From assembly GCA_963735805.1 (NCBI GenBank), contig CAVTMK010000003.1, positions 1 through 64,000 on the forward strand: 64,000 nt of DNA, in the 5' to 3' direction. The notes beneath the pieces were generated by a model that saw only the letters and a list, made by a program, of their open reading frames with translations, searched no databases and was not told the DNA's origin. The position numbers and the translations under genes are program-made. The first letter of the stretch is position 1; each line of letters opens with the position of its first letter. Of this stretch, positions 1 through 9,718 are shown piece after piece. Source of the stretch: an uncultured Verrucomicrobiae bacterium. GTDB lineage: Bacteria; Verrucomicrobiota; Verrucomicrobiia; Chthoniobacterales; UBA10450.

Positions 1-77
1 TAACGCGACGGTTACCTTTTATCTGTGCCGCAACTTTCGAATCCCGGGGGTTTCAATGTTTAGAAACCTATGACGCT

Positions 78-1004
78 ATGAACTGGAGAAAATTCGTTCT
101 CCCTGGTTGCGTGGTAGCATGCGTTTTCGCAGCCTCGGTTGCGACGGCGCAGATGAGCGGGCACGGTAATTCGCCGTCGCAAATCGGAATGCGCGGCCCT
201 TTGACGCCACGTCCAATTGGCCGGATGCCGATGCACCGCGCGCCGATGCCAGGTTCGATGGGACGGATTCCGATCCACCGCGCTCCAATGATGAATTCAG
301 CCTTTGGCCTTCGACGCTTTAACCGTTTCAACTACCGAGACTTTAATCGGGATAATCGGTTTCCTCGCTTCAAGCATTTCAACAAAATCATCTTTATCGG
401 CAACTTCGCTTCTCCATGGTTGTGGGGTCCTTGGTGGGGCTGGAACTCGGTCTACCCATACGAACCCTCCGCATATTCCTATCCATCCGATAATTCCGGC
501 TACGGATATGGATACGGGTATGGTAACTATAGCTATGGCTCTGGTTATGGATCGTCCGGCTATGATTACGGATATGTTTCCCCGCCTCTGAGGTACTACG
601 ACTACGCCAATGACGATGAGGGTGCTGTGCGCGATGTTCTCGCGGAATACCAAGTTTCTTGGAACAGCCATGACACGGCCGCCTTCAGTCGTCTCTTCAC
701 TGAAGACTGTGACTACGTAAACATCGCCGGTGTCCACTGGAAGGGAGCGCAGGAGATTGTCCGGCGGCAAACGGAACTGTTTCAGAAGAGATTAAAGACC
801 GCCGTTCGGAAGCTTACCGGTGTAGAAGTTCGTTTTTCAACGCCCGACGTTGCGCTTGTCCATGCTACGTGGGACGTGACCGGTTCGCGTCGTTCCACCG
901 GGAAGGCCGTTCCAATTCTGAAAGAAATCACCACGATGGTGATGGTCAAAACTAACGGGAAATGGTTAATCACGTCCTTTCAGAACACGGAGAGCGGGGA
1001 CTGA
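78..1004 (+). CDS. Secreted protein: Tyr/Gly-rich low-complexity region fused to a C-terminal NTF2-like (SnoaL/DUF4440, SgcJ/EcaC-type) domain
   Basis: Signal peptide ending AQM; YG-rich tract; C-terminal WNSHD..FTED.DYVN.G..WLITSFQNT pattern typical of NTF2-like proteins. Confidence 0.75.
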   Translation: MNWRKFVLPGCVVACVFAASVATAQMSGHGNSPSQIGMRGPLTPRPIGRMPMHRAPMPGSMGRIPIHRAPMMNSAFGLRRFNRFNYRDFNRDNRFPRFKHFNKIIFIGNFASPWLWGPWWGWNSVYPYEPSAYSYPSDNSGYGYGYGYGNYSYGSGYGSSGYDYGYVSPPLRYYDYANDDEGAVRDVLAEYQVSWNSHDTAAFSRLFTEDCDYVNIAGVHWKGAQEIVRRQTELFQKRLKTAVRKLTGVEVRFSTPDVALVHATWDVTGSRRSTGKAVPILKEITTMVMVKTNGKWLITSFQNTESGD

Positions 1005-1110
1005 GCAGAACCTTGTGATCCAGCATCTCAGCACCCTGGTTAGCCAGTCTTCCGTTTAAAAGGCTGGAAACAGATGGCAGATTGCCGTCTCATTTCCAGG
1101 TCCAGAACCT

Positions 1111-1192
1111 GAACACGCAAACGGGACGCGGTTTTGCTCCGGATTTTTGAGAGGAGCGAAGTCGGCGTCCGCGGCTACAGAAGTGACTTAGA
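1111..1192 (+). repeat. Degenerate partial copy of the 165-bp post-tail element, with REP-like end
   Basis: aacacgcaaacgggacgcggttttg...ttttgagagg...cgcggctacag...cttaga aligns with the 3' half of 9856-10018. Confidence 0.65.
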
Positions 1193-1235
1193 GGATCCTG
1201 AACGTCCTAGTAAAAACGCGGCCTCCCTTCTCCGT

Positions 1236-1293
1236 GCAAGCTCACAGTCTCTGCCAAAGCACCCTGCCGTCGTTTACTCTTTTCTCGTTAGGT
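1236..1293 (+). mobile_element. attC-like 3' half-site
   Basis: 1236-1291 matches 8875-8930 at 41/56 positions without gaps; ends in R' GTTAGGT (1287-1293). Confidence 0.65.
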
Positions 1294-1330
1294 CTCGACA
1301 TGTTTAACATTTTTACGCTATCGTCTGCGC

Positions 1331-1516
1331 ATGAAAAACCTGCTTCTCGGGATTGTGGTTGGCTTATGCATTATGGCGTTCGCAAAGGCGGCTAGTCCGC
1401 TTGACGGCGGACACGTTGTTTGGCTCCCATCGACGTATGGAACTGTCAATGGCCACGGTTACGAGCTTGGCCTTGCACCAGACGGCAGAGTCGTGTGGCA
1501 AAAATTCGGTCGTTAG
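1331..1516 (+). CDS. Small secreted hypothetical protein (cassette-like)
   Basis: Signal peptide MKNLLLGIVVGLCIMAFAKAA; flanked by attC-like remnants. Confidence 0.6.
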   Translation: MKNLLLGIVVGLCIMAFAKAASPLDGGHVVWLPSTYGTVNGHGYELGLAPDGRVVWQKFGR

Positions 1517-1520
1517 GTGG

Positions 1521-1577
1521 CTCTGTCGCTCGCGCTCGTTGTGACACCTTGCCTAGCGTATCTCTGTATCGTTAGGC
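1521..1577 (+). mobile_element. attC-like 3' half-site (degenerate)
   Basis: acaccttgcctagcgtatctctgtatcGTTAGGC resembles the ends of the other attC-like sites. Confidence 0.55.
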
Positions 1578-1769
1578 TTAAGCGCGACCACTCGCGATTC
1601 CGCTGTTATTTGTAGCCGAAGCACCCGCGAGCGAGCATCAGTTCATTGCACCAAACGACAAGGTCGATGCTCAGGCGATGTGACAACAGGCCCGCGAACA
1701 TCTTACCCGGCAATGGCGTTGTTGGTCCCCGGCGGTTTTACTCTTTTCCCAGCGGCTCGAACGGAACCC

Positions 1770-2129
1770 TCAAATGACTCGGGTCCGAAGTCGCTCGCTG
1801 ATGCAATCATGCGCTTGTGTGATTAGCCATAGCTCTTCCGATGTCAGGTGATCACGACAAAGGCTTTTCAGGTTTTTCAAAGCTTCCAGCAATTCAAACT
1901 CCCGGACAGGATGCGCAGACATCTCCGGGTAAGCAGCCAGCAAAAAGGCGAGTGGGCGAAGTGCTCGACGCTCACACCAAGCATCCATCAAACCATCGAG
2001 TGTTTTGACGAGGTTAGGTTCTATCGAATGTGAAATGTCGTCTACAAAAGTAAGCGACGATCCGCGTACCGTGTCCACGGCGAGATTGCTAGCGATCATA
2101 GAATGCGACTCCGGGGTTTTGACCTCCAC
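1770..2129 (-). CDS. Hypothetical protein
   Basis: Plausible helical protein (DAWCERRALRPL..YP); start uncertain. Confidence 0.5.
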   Translation of the reverse strand: MEVKTPESHSMIASNLAVDTVRGSSLTFVDDISHSIEPNLVKTLDGLMDAWCERRALRPLAFLLAAYPEMSAHPVREFELLEALKNLKSLCRDHLTSEELWLITQAHDCISERLRTRVI

Positions 2130-2227
2130 TTCGTTCTACGGGAAAGGTGGGAGCAAGTTCGCATCTTTGTAGCTTTTTTTCTGGCCATCAGCCCCATTCG
2201 CTAGTGGAATAACAACGCAGATCAAGT

Positions 2228-3679
2228 GTGATGGCACGAATTGGCTCCTCGCTACCGTTGCTTTGTGCGACGCTAATCGCGGCTTTTGCGATTCGGGGGT
2301 CGTTACTCGCTGCCGATCCATCTGACGGGGACCTTAAACTTGTGGTCGCGCTTTTTCGCCACGGAGTGCGCGCACCGCTGGAGACCTTTGGTAAAAATGC
2401 AGGCGCGCACTCCAAAAAAGCATGGCCAGATTTAAAGAACGATTGGCACGTCTGCCCCGACTGTTGGGGTTACCTGACGCCGCAAGGCTCGAACGCGGTA
2501 AGGATTCTTGGCAGTTATTATGGGAATTATTACTCGAAAAACGCATGGCCGACTAAGTTCAGCATCTATCTTTGGGCTGACGTTGATCAACGAACCAGGG
2601 CAACCGCCGAGGCCTTACGCGAGGGCATGCAAAGTGCTGGCGCCAGCGTCGAAGTTCAGTCTCTCAAACGTACCGAGGCTACGGACCCGCTCTTTCACCC
2701 GTTTAAAGCGAATTGCGGTGAACCAGACTCGAAGCATTTGCAGGCAATTGTCGCCTATATTAATGACAATGTCCCCGGCTGGATACGTGAATTCACCTAT
2801 CCAACGCGTGGTAATCAGCTGGCCGATCTCTACTCTATCCTCGGTTGTGATGACATTAAGCACTGTAAACCTCTGAGTCAGGTTGCAGATCATGCGACTG
2901 CCTGGTCACCGCCCACTGGGACTCCTACCCCCCGGCCTACCTCGCCAATCACCTGGGCGGGCCAGTTCCCATATGCTTCCAGCGCGACCGAGGCGTTCCT
3001 ATTGAAATACGCAAATAACATGGAGATCGAGAAGGTTGGATGGGGCCACGTCGTTGATAAGAAAACGGGCTCCCCGGATACGCTTGGCAAGTTACTGAAG
3101 CTTCATGAGTTCTATTTTGACAAGACTGAGCGGGAATTGAACGACGCCGCGCCGGATTTGTACCTGGCGGGCATTCAGGGTTCAAATCTTGTCAGAGAAA
3201 TCCACGATCAATTAAACAAGGCCGTTCAGAAACCGTCGCTAGGAAATTGCCCACGCCCAAGCGGGCAAAGCCAGTTTGTCGGATTGATTGGGCACGACAC
3301 CAACCTGGCAAATGTTCAGACGCTACTGAACGTCAAGTGGAGGTTCGATGGAGACCAGCAATTGCCCGCCGATATGCGCGAACTTCCCGAGAACGATGCG
3401 CTTCCAGCAGGTGCGCTTGTCTTTGAACTACGTCAGACAGGTCAATCTGATTACAAGGTTCGCATTCAATATGTGACTCAAAGCCTCAAACAGATGAGGA
3501 CCCCGCGCGAGCAGGACCAACCATACCGTGTCCTTACTACTTGTGGCGGCGAAAACGGCAAGGAAATCTCCCCATGCGAGATGTCACTAGAAACATTCAA
3601 CGTTGCCGCGGGACAAGTTGTTGAGAGGTACAAGGAATTTCTCTCGCATTGTCAGAACGGCAATCAGGTTTGCCCTTAA
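2228..3679 (+). CDS. Secreted histidine acid phosphatase (AppA/Agp phytase-like)
   Basis: RHGVRAP motif, ADVDQRTRAT motif, catalytic GHDTN; signal peptide; several cysteines. Confidence 0.9.
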   Translation: MMARIGSSLPLLCATLIAAFAIRGSLLAADPSDGDLKLVVALFRHGVRAPLETFGKNAGAHSKKAWPDLKNDWHVCPDCWGYLTPQGSNAVRILGSYYGNYYSKNAWPTKFSIYLWADVDQRTRATAEALREGMQSAGASVEVQSLKRTEATDPLFHPFKANCGEPDSKHLQAIVAYINDNVPGWIREFTYPTRGNQLADLYSILGCDDIKHCKPLSQVADHATAWSPPTGTPTPRPTSPITWAGQFPYASSATEAFLLKYANNMEIEKVGWGHVVDKKTGSPDTLGKLLKLHEFYFDKTERELNDAAPDLYLAGIQGSNLVREIHDQLNKAVQKPSLGNCPRPSGQSQFVGLIGHDTNLANVQTLLNVKWRFDGDQQLPADMRELPENDALPAGALVFELRQTGQSDYKVRIQYVTQSLKQMRTPREQDQPYRVLTTCGGENGKEISPCEMSLETFNVAAGQVVERYKEFLSHCQNGNQVCP

Positions 3680-3788
3680 ACCTGTCTTACGAAGTAGGTC
3701 GAACAGCCCGGCGACGCGGATGGATTTCAAAGAACCCTGAATCAGTTTTGGGTTTTGCTATAACCGAGTCCGAATCATGTTGCAGGCG

Positions 3789-4253
3789 CTAGCGCTGGGC
3801 GCGGTAATACGTCATAGTTTCAAACTCTCCTGCTCCTGACCCTCGAGTAGTCACCTTCAATGGAATTTGAACATCCCCGGTGACATTCCTAAGGTCAACC
3901 TTGATTCGCACCTGACAGTCTGTTTGACCGGGACGAAGCACACCGTCTATTCCTGAAACATCTGTATAAAAGGGCGCCCCGGGCACTCGCGCGCTAACGT
4001 CCACATAAACCGTTTTCGTAGTTTCACCGTTGAAATGAACATTCACCGTTCCCCTTTTGGTACTCCCAAAGTCATCAAAGAGAGGACTCGCGTGCGCAGA
4101 CACAATGCGTAAGCCACCAGGAATCGCTGCGCCGGGCTGCGGATTGGGAACGACGGCCGGCGTATTGCTCTCGGTCGGCATTCCTTCGCAACCGGCCAGG
4201 AACAGCAACAATACCGTCAAGGATAGTGAGACATAGACTTTTGAGGGATTCAT
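3789..4253 (-). CDS. Lipoprotein, Ig-like hypothetical
   Basis: ATG 4253; lipobox LAGC after a hydrophobic stretch. Confidence 0.65.
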   Translation of the reverse strand: MNPSKVYVSLSLTVLLLFLAGCEGMPTESNTPAVVPNPQPGAAIPGGLRIVSAHASPLFDDFGSTKRGTVNVHFNGETTKTVYVDVSARVPGAPFYTDVSGIDGVLRPGQTDCQVRIKVDLRNVTGDVQIPLKVTTRGSGAGEFETMTYYRAQR

Positions 4254-4451
4254 AGGCGCCAAGCTTTGAAAACCTCTCGTTAGGTTGTCAAGCACAATTG
4301 GCGCGAGCAAAACGACAGATTCCACTCCGCGGACCGCGGATTTTGAAAATCTTGTTCGACAATCGTCATGTCCAATTCTTTTCCTATGGTGCTGACGATC
4401 AGATCTGATTACTGATTCCTATCGCAACTCTTTGAAGTTCCGAGGCTATCG

Positions 4452-4510
4452 TTATGGAGTGGGACCTAGGCGCTGGTGTTGGACGCGGCCGCAGTGTGGG
4501 AGCACCCCGT
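4452..4510 (-). pseudogene. Relic Pro/Arg tail (RPRPTPAPR-PTP-stop) with a 1-bp insertion
   Basis: Minus strand cct agg (t) ccc act cca taa reads PRPTP* if one T is removed. Confidence 0.45.
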
Positions 4511-4843
4511 AGGAACCGGAGTTTGCCGATACGTGTATACCAGTCTTGCTCACTGGTGGTGCGTAGTATTCGTTGGCCAGCCAAAAGCTAACGCCGTCGC
4601 TGAGATCTCTCTACAACTTTCCAGTGCCCGGGGCAATAGAAGGTAAAATTTGGTGTGATTTTCACAGATAAGGAAAAAGCTGGACACAATTTCGCCTTTT
4701 TACTAAAACCACGCAAGGCGGTTCCCTATCAAAGCGCGCTACAAAACCGAACGTCAAAACATTCCTGCACTTTCAAGGTCTAGTAACGGAGTGGCCGGCC
4801 TGTTTTGCAAAACCTATTCTTAACTGACCAACAAATTGTCCTT

Positions 4844-6955
4844 ATGAGTATCAAAACAAATTACAAACTCTTGCTGACTATTTTCATAGTTAGCACCCTG
4901 TCTCTTACGGCTTCAGCCCAACAAAATTCCTGGTCTGTAAACAATGAAAGCCCTAGCAATATTGCTACAGACAAAGCCGTGGCGAGGCTATCATTTCCTA
5001 AAGACTTCAAATTATTTAATCTGAATATTGAACCGTTGAGGCAACAATTATTTTCGATCGTAGGCAGTAATGCCCTTCAACGTTCGACGGTTATTTTTCT
5101 GCCCAATGCCGATGGTGAATACGAACAATTTGAGGTGTTTGAAGCTTCAAATTTCGCGCCGGATTTACAGGCACGATTTCCTGAGATCCGGGCTTATTCC
5201 GGCAGAGGCATTACGGATAAGTATGCAACGTTAAAATTGAGTATTTCTCCGCAGGGAATTCAAACCATGGTTTTCAGAACGGACAAAGAAAATGAATTCA
5301 TTGAACCCTATTCTCACGACCATACGGTTTATGCCGTATACAAATCGCTTAGAGAAAGAGGGAAGCTACCCTGGACCTGTTTCACGGAGGATAAGCAAGC
5401 AGCTGCGGATATATATTCGCAACTTCCTCGTCGTCCTCTAAGTAATACAGGGGAACTGAAAACCATGCGCCTGGCTCAGTCTTGCAATGGGGAATATGCC
5501 AACTTCTTTGGCGCATTTGACCCAAGCCAGAGTGCGCTTGTTTACGCCGCCTTTAATGCAACGCTTACCCGTTGTAATGGTTGTTACGAAAGAGACCTGG
5601 CCATACACCTCAACCTGATATCGAATACTTTTGAAGATCTGATCATATTTTACGACCCGGCAACAGATCCTTATACAACATTGGGACAATGGAACGCAGA
5701 ATTGCAGAATCTTTTAAATACTGTGGTCGGTGACGCTAATTATGATATCGGGCACATGTTTGGCGCTTCTGGCGGTGGTGGAAACGCCGGTTGTATCGGT
5801 TGCGTTTGTGTAGACGGACAAAAAGGAAGCGGTATCACTTCGCCTGCTGATGGAATTCCTATGGGGGATAATTTCGACATAGACTATGTGGCACATGAAG
5901 TAGGCCACCAGATGGGCGCCAACCATACTTTTACATTCTCAGACGAAGGAACAGGGGCGCAGAAAGAAGTAGGCGCCGGGATCACCATTATGGGTTATGC
6001 GGGAATCACCCCCTATGATCCTGCACCGCATTCCATTGATATATTTCATGAGGAAAGCATCCAGCAGATCCAGGTTAACATGGCGACTAAGTCCTGCCCT
6101 GTAACCACAGTGATGACAGTTAACCACCCTCCCGTTGTCGCGCCGGTTAGCAATTATACAATACCAATCTTAACTCCTTTTGCTCTTACCGGTTCTGCAA
6201 CAGACCCTGAGAATGATCCGATTACTTATTGCTGGGAACAAAATGATGTTCATGGGGGCCAGGTAGCCGCAAATAGTGTTGCCTATGCAGCCAAACCAGT
6301 AGGTCCGAACTGGTTATCATTTCCTGCTACAGTATCTCCAACACGGTTTTGTCCCGGGTTATCAACCATTTTGGCCGGTTTACTTATAACCCCTCCCCTT
6401 CCCGGCGGCGATGCAATTTGTAACATAGAAGCCTTGAGTTCAGTTTCAAGAACCCTGAACTTCAGGCTAACCGTCAGGGATAATCATCCTTACATTCCCG
6501 ATTCAACGATCGGTCAAACCCAGTTTACAGATATGACCGTAACTGTAAGCGATACTTCCGGCCCTTTCCAGGTGACATCGCCTAACACAAATGTGTCATG
6601 GGCAGGTGGTTCGACTCAGACAATAATGTGGGATGTAGCTGGCACTACCGGCGCGCCGGTCAGTTGTGCCGCTGTCAAGATATCATTGTCTACCGACGGC
6701 GGAACAACTTTCCCAGCTGTTCTTTCCGTGAGCACACCCAACGATGGTTCGGAAGCACTGACAATACCGAACGTAGCTACGACAACGGCTAGAGTAAAGG
6801 TCGAAGCGGTAGATAACATTTTTTTTGATGTTTCCGATTCAAATTTTACAATAACTGGTGGCTCCACCCCCACACCAACTCCAACGGTTACGCCCAGGCC
6901 TGCCCCAACAGCAAGGCCTCGACCCACACCGCGTCCTCGCCCAACTCCGCCATGA
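4844..6955 (+). CDS. Secreted reprolysin-like (M12B) zinc metallopeptidase with Ig-like domain and Pro/Thr/Arg tail
   Basis: HEVGHQMGANH zinc motif, Met-turn TIMGYAG, LNFRLTVRDN motif; signal peptide from ATG 4844. Confidence 0.9.
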   Translation: MSIKTNYKLLLTIFIVSTLSLTASAQQNSWSVNNESPSNIATDKAVARLSFPKDFKLFNLNIEPLRQQLFSIVGSNALQRSTVIFLPNADGEYEQFEVFEASNFAPDLQARFPEIRAYSGRGITDKYATLKLSISPQGIQTMVFRTDKENEFIEPYSHDHTVYAVYKSLRERGKLPWTCFTEDKQAAADIYSQLPRRPLSNTGELKTMRLAQSCNGEYANFFGAFDPSQSALVYAAFNATLTRCNGCYERDLAIHLNLISNTFEDLIIFYDPATDPYTTLGQWNAELQNLLNTVVGDANYDIGHMFGASGGGGNAGCIGCVCVDGQKGSGITSPADGIPMGDNFDIDYVAHEVGHQMGANHTFTFSDEGTGAQKEVGAGITIMGYAGITPYDPAPHSIDIFHEESIQQIQVNMATKSCPVTTVMTVNHPPVVAPVSNYTIPILTPFALTGSATDPENDPITYCWEQNDVHGGQVAANSVAYAAKPVGPNWLSFPATVSPTRFCPGLSTILAGLLITPPLPGGDAICNIEALSSVSRTLNFRLTVRDNHPYIPDSTIGQTQFTDMTVTVSDTSGPFQVTSPNTNVSWAGGSTQTIMWDVAGTTGAPVSCAAVKISLSTDGGTTFPAVLSVSTPNDGSEALTIPNVATTTARVKVEAVDNIFFDVSDSNFTITGGSTPTPTPTVTPRPAPTARPRPTPRPRPTPP

Positions 6956-7117
6956 TTCTGCTTTTGCCGGGACTGTTCACCGGCAAACGGTCGGATCTGC
7001 TGTGAATCGAATACGGGAAGATCTGCAATCGGAAGAAGCAGACGCAGCGGGGTTTTGGGCTGGGTTTTGAAAGAGCCGCGGTCGGCGTTCGCGGCTACAG
7101 TGAGACTTTGAGAATTC
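6950..7117 (+). repeat. Conserved post-tail element, copy 1 (hairpin TTTGCCGG-N9-CCGGCAAA plus REP-like end)
   Basis: Blocks of 62/64 and 61/67 identity to 9856-10018. Confidence 0.9.
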
Positions 7118-7129
7118 CGTAAAGGCGTG

Positions 7130-7315
7130 TCAGAGATGATTTTCTAGTATCGCTTTACGACTTGGCGCTGGAGGCGTGGGACACCCGTGACAACCCGGCC
7201 GCGTTGCCCGTGGTCGCGGCGTCGGTAGTGGCCTGGAAAGAATCGTTTGCGTTGGAGCAACCGCAGCGATGCCAGCTGCGATCAAGAGTAAGCAAAAGAT
7301 AGTTCGGACATTCAT
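7130..7315 (-). CDS. Small secreted Pro/Arg-rich peptide with CHGC
   Basis: Signal peptide, then PLPTPRPRATRPGCHGCPTPP. Confidence 0.5.
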   Translation of the reverse strand: MNVRTIFCLLLIAAGIAAVAPTQTILSRPLPTPRPRATRPGCHGCPTPPAPSRKAILENHL

Positions 7316-7502
7316 GAAATTACCACCGATACTGCAGTAACGAGTTAGTAAAAGCGCAGATACAAGTCAAGCTGGTGTCACCATTCGATTCCACACTTTG
7401 CTCTCCACAAGGCAATGACAAAGTGATACAATAACCACGCAATGCAGCATCGAAACGGTTGCGCTCGGCAACAACCTCATTCAGGAGTTGGCTTAACCTT
7501 CT

Positions 7503-7835
7503 ATGAACTCGACGGCTTCTAAAATTTTCACTATCATCGTCCGAAACTGCGACAGTGCATCCCACGCTCGTAAGATCGCAGAGTTATTACGCGCTTCTTT
7601 TCCCCACAGATCGGAGCACATCACATCCGATGAGGTTATAAACCTTATCATTACGGTAAAGGCGGATAGTCTCGACTCCATACGCAATGTCATTTCGCCT
7701 GCGCTTGGGAAAGCCCAGGCAAGATTTGGCTCCGACTGGGTTTGGTTCGAGAATGGGAAGACATCATCCGAGCCACCACCCTACTTTCGCTTTGAGCCTC
7801 CATCACGTTTGCGAGGTACGGCAACGCAGAATTAA
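7503..7835 (+). CDS. Hypothetical protein
   Basis: 110 aa ORF with AGGAG upstream. Confidence 0.45.
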   Translation: MNSTASKIFTIIVRNCDSASHARKIAELLRASFPHRSEHITSDEVINLIITVKADSLDSIRNVISPALGKAQARFGSDWVWFENGKTSSEPPPYFRFEPPSRLRGTATQN

Positions 7836-8124
7836 ACGCGGCGTCGATCTAATCGACTCGTGAGTTTGTTAACGTCGTAACCTGATTGCCATAATTCGCC
7901 GGGGCTCAATGCGAAAAGCGACGGCGATGGATAGGTCGGCAGTCGGACTTGAAACGAGTTATTCACGGGTTGTTCCCGAGCGTTTTAACGGCCTTCTGCG
8001 ACACGATTTCGCTTCTCAAATACCGAATAATTCGCCACAATCTCGCCATGCAGCCTTTTGCGGGTTCCTCCCGGGGAAGGCAAGGAAATGGATTGCAAGA
8101 TGCAGTCTAATTCTCATTAAGTCT

Positions 8125-8721
8125 ATGTTGCGTGCTGCGATAATTCTGCTGTTAGCTTGTTGGTCAAGTTTCGGCCTCGCGCAAAATACCTCTGCGGTGA
8201 AATTCGCGTCTCCTGATGGCCGCTTCGCGCTGAAAGTGGCAGCCCTGCCGTTGTATGGACCAGAGGCGGCGAAAGTTGATTTAATCGAAACAACGAGCGG
8301 CAAAGTGATGCTTGATTTAGGCACCTTGTGGATTGACCGGGAGGAACCGAAGCTGGTCTGGTCGAGTGATTCAAAGTGGCTGGCTTACGCAACTCGCACG
8401 TCTACGGCTGGGTCAGGGTGGCCGACTGTTTATTATTGGGATGGATCCGCCTTCAAAGAGCTTACCTTGCCCGCGAATCTCCCTGAACCAAAGATAAAGC
8501 CTCGCAAGGGGGACAGCGGCGTGAAACTAAAAGGTTATGCCGAGGAGCCCTTGAAATGGATAAATCCGGGAGAACTGCAACTGTCCAGCAAGCTCATGGG
8601 AATTGGTCGCGATGTCGGATATAACTATACGGGCTCGATTCTGATTACCGTTGCCTTCGACGCGCATCATCGCGCGACCGTAAAGAAGGTCACGCCCACG
8701 AAAACCGAAGTGTCGGAATAG
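8125..8721 (+). CDS. Secreted hypothetical protein (beta-propeller-like SPDG/WSSDSK repeats)
   Basis: Signal peptide from ATG 8125; followed directly by an attC-like site. Confidence 0.65.
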   Translation: MLRAAIILLLACWSSFGLAQNTSAVKFASPDGRFALKVAALPLYGPEAAKVDLIETTSGKVMLDLGTLWIDREEPKLVWSSDSKWLAYATRTSTAGSGWPTVYYWDGSAFKELTLPANLPEPKIKPRKGDSGVKLKGYAEEPLKWINPGELQLSSKLMGIGRDVGYNYTGSILITVAFDAHHRATVKKVTPTKTEVSE

Positions 8722-8740
8722 CGGATGACAACAATTGTGA

Positions 8741-8932
8741 GTATAACCAATCGATGAAGCCAACTCCGAAAGCTTTGACTTATTCGCTCCCGCTCATTTC
8801 GACCTCTCGGTTTGCCCATCTATGTCGCTCGCGTCCCGCGGCTCCATTCGCGAGCAGACTGGCGCCATTGCAATGCAACTTCAGTGTGTTTACCACCGCA
8901 CCATGCCGTGGCTTAATTGTTTCTCGTTAGTT
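8741..8932 (+). mobile_element. Full-length attC-like site, lengthened by an internal insertion
   Basis: R'' GTATAAC, L'' GATGAAGC, L' GCTTAAT, R' GTTAGTT; next ATG starts 2 nt after R'. Confidence 0.7.
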
Positions 8933-8934
8933 CG

Positions 8935-9153
8935 ATGCACCGCTACGCAAAATTCGGAGGATTAGCCCTTATCGCGATAGGGATGCTGTATCGGCGCAAG
9001 CCTGATCTCTTTAAGCGCGGCAGCTGGCTGAAAACCGACGTCGCTCAGCGAACGCTCTCTCGACAAGGTTATCTCAAGTACATAAGAGGCGTCGGAGTTT
9101 TTCATATCGTGCTGGGTATTGCAGTCTTGGCTTGGGCTTTTCTCGGACGCTAG
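8935..9153 (+). CDS. Small two-TM membrane protein (cassette ORF)
   Basis: Two hydrophobic helices; lies between R' (8926) and R'' (9215). Confidence 0.6.
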   Translation: MHRYAKFGGLALIAIGMLYRRKPDLFKRGSWLKTDVAQRTLSRQGYLKYIRGVGVFHIVLGIAVLAWAFLGR

Positions 9154-9214
9154 ATCGGGCTACAGTGTGTTTAAGAATCGTAATACGACGCGGATCATGT
9201 TTTGCACATGCGGC

Positions 9215-9248
9215 ATCTAACCAGTCGATGAAGCTGACGTCCCCCTTC
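9215..9248 (+). mobile_element. attC-like 5' half-site
   Basis: ATCTAACCAGTCGATGAAGCTGAC versus GTATAACCAATCGATGAAGCCAAC at 8741. Confidence 0.7.
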
Positions 9249-9253
9249 TGAGG

Positions 9254-9718
9254 ATGATCACCCAACAACAGCTTGAAATGCTAATGCCTCTTGCATGTGC
9301 TTGGGCCGTCGGGCGAGAACGTACAATCGTTCAATCCGGCGTGGCCCTAAACGAGTCGCAACTCGCGGACGCGAGACAAGTCGGAGTCGCACAGCCAGAA
9401 CGCGTGCGGTTACTACGAGTCGCGCAGGTTCCCGTACCAACAGCCCCGGCGTTGGCGGCGGCGGCTCGTGCAACTAATCTTATCTCGCCTCTAACACATG
9501 GTCTGACCCTCCGTTATGGCATTTTTATTCGGGCAGATTGTTGGAATCAACGCCCACTCGTTGTACATGAGCTGGTCCACACGGCACAGTATGAGCGGCT
9601 TGGTGGATTCGAAGGTTTTCTGCGTCCATATTTGTTGGAGTGCATTACCCCACCGGGCTATCCATATGGACCGATGGAGCAGGAGGCTGTTACGACAGCA
9701 GCGAAATTGTGCGCCTAA
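9254..9718 (+). CDS. DUF4157-like zincin-motif protein
   Basis: HELVHTAQY plus downstream MEQEA; stop codon lies inside GCCTAAC (R''). Confidence 0.7.
   Translation: MITQQQLEMLMPLACAWAVGRERTIVQSGVALNESQLADARQVGVAQPERVRLLRVAQVPVPTAPALAAAARATNLISPLTHGLTLRYGIFIRADCWNQRPLVVHELVHTAQYERLGGFEGFLRPYLLECITPPGYPYGPMEQEAVTTAAKLCA

Noticed and set aside
4275..4286. TCTCGTTAGG as another attC end
   Set aside because: Upstream sequence does not match L' or the family arm
6858..7070. Similar peptides HDSAFAGT..FWAGF here and at 9776-9973
   Set aside because: Explained by the DNA repeat; the reading frame differs from the tail and there is no RBS
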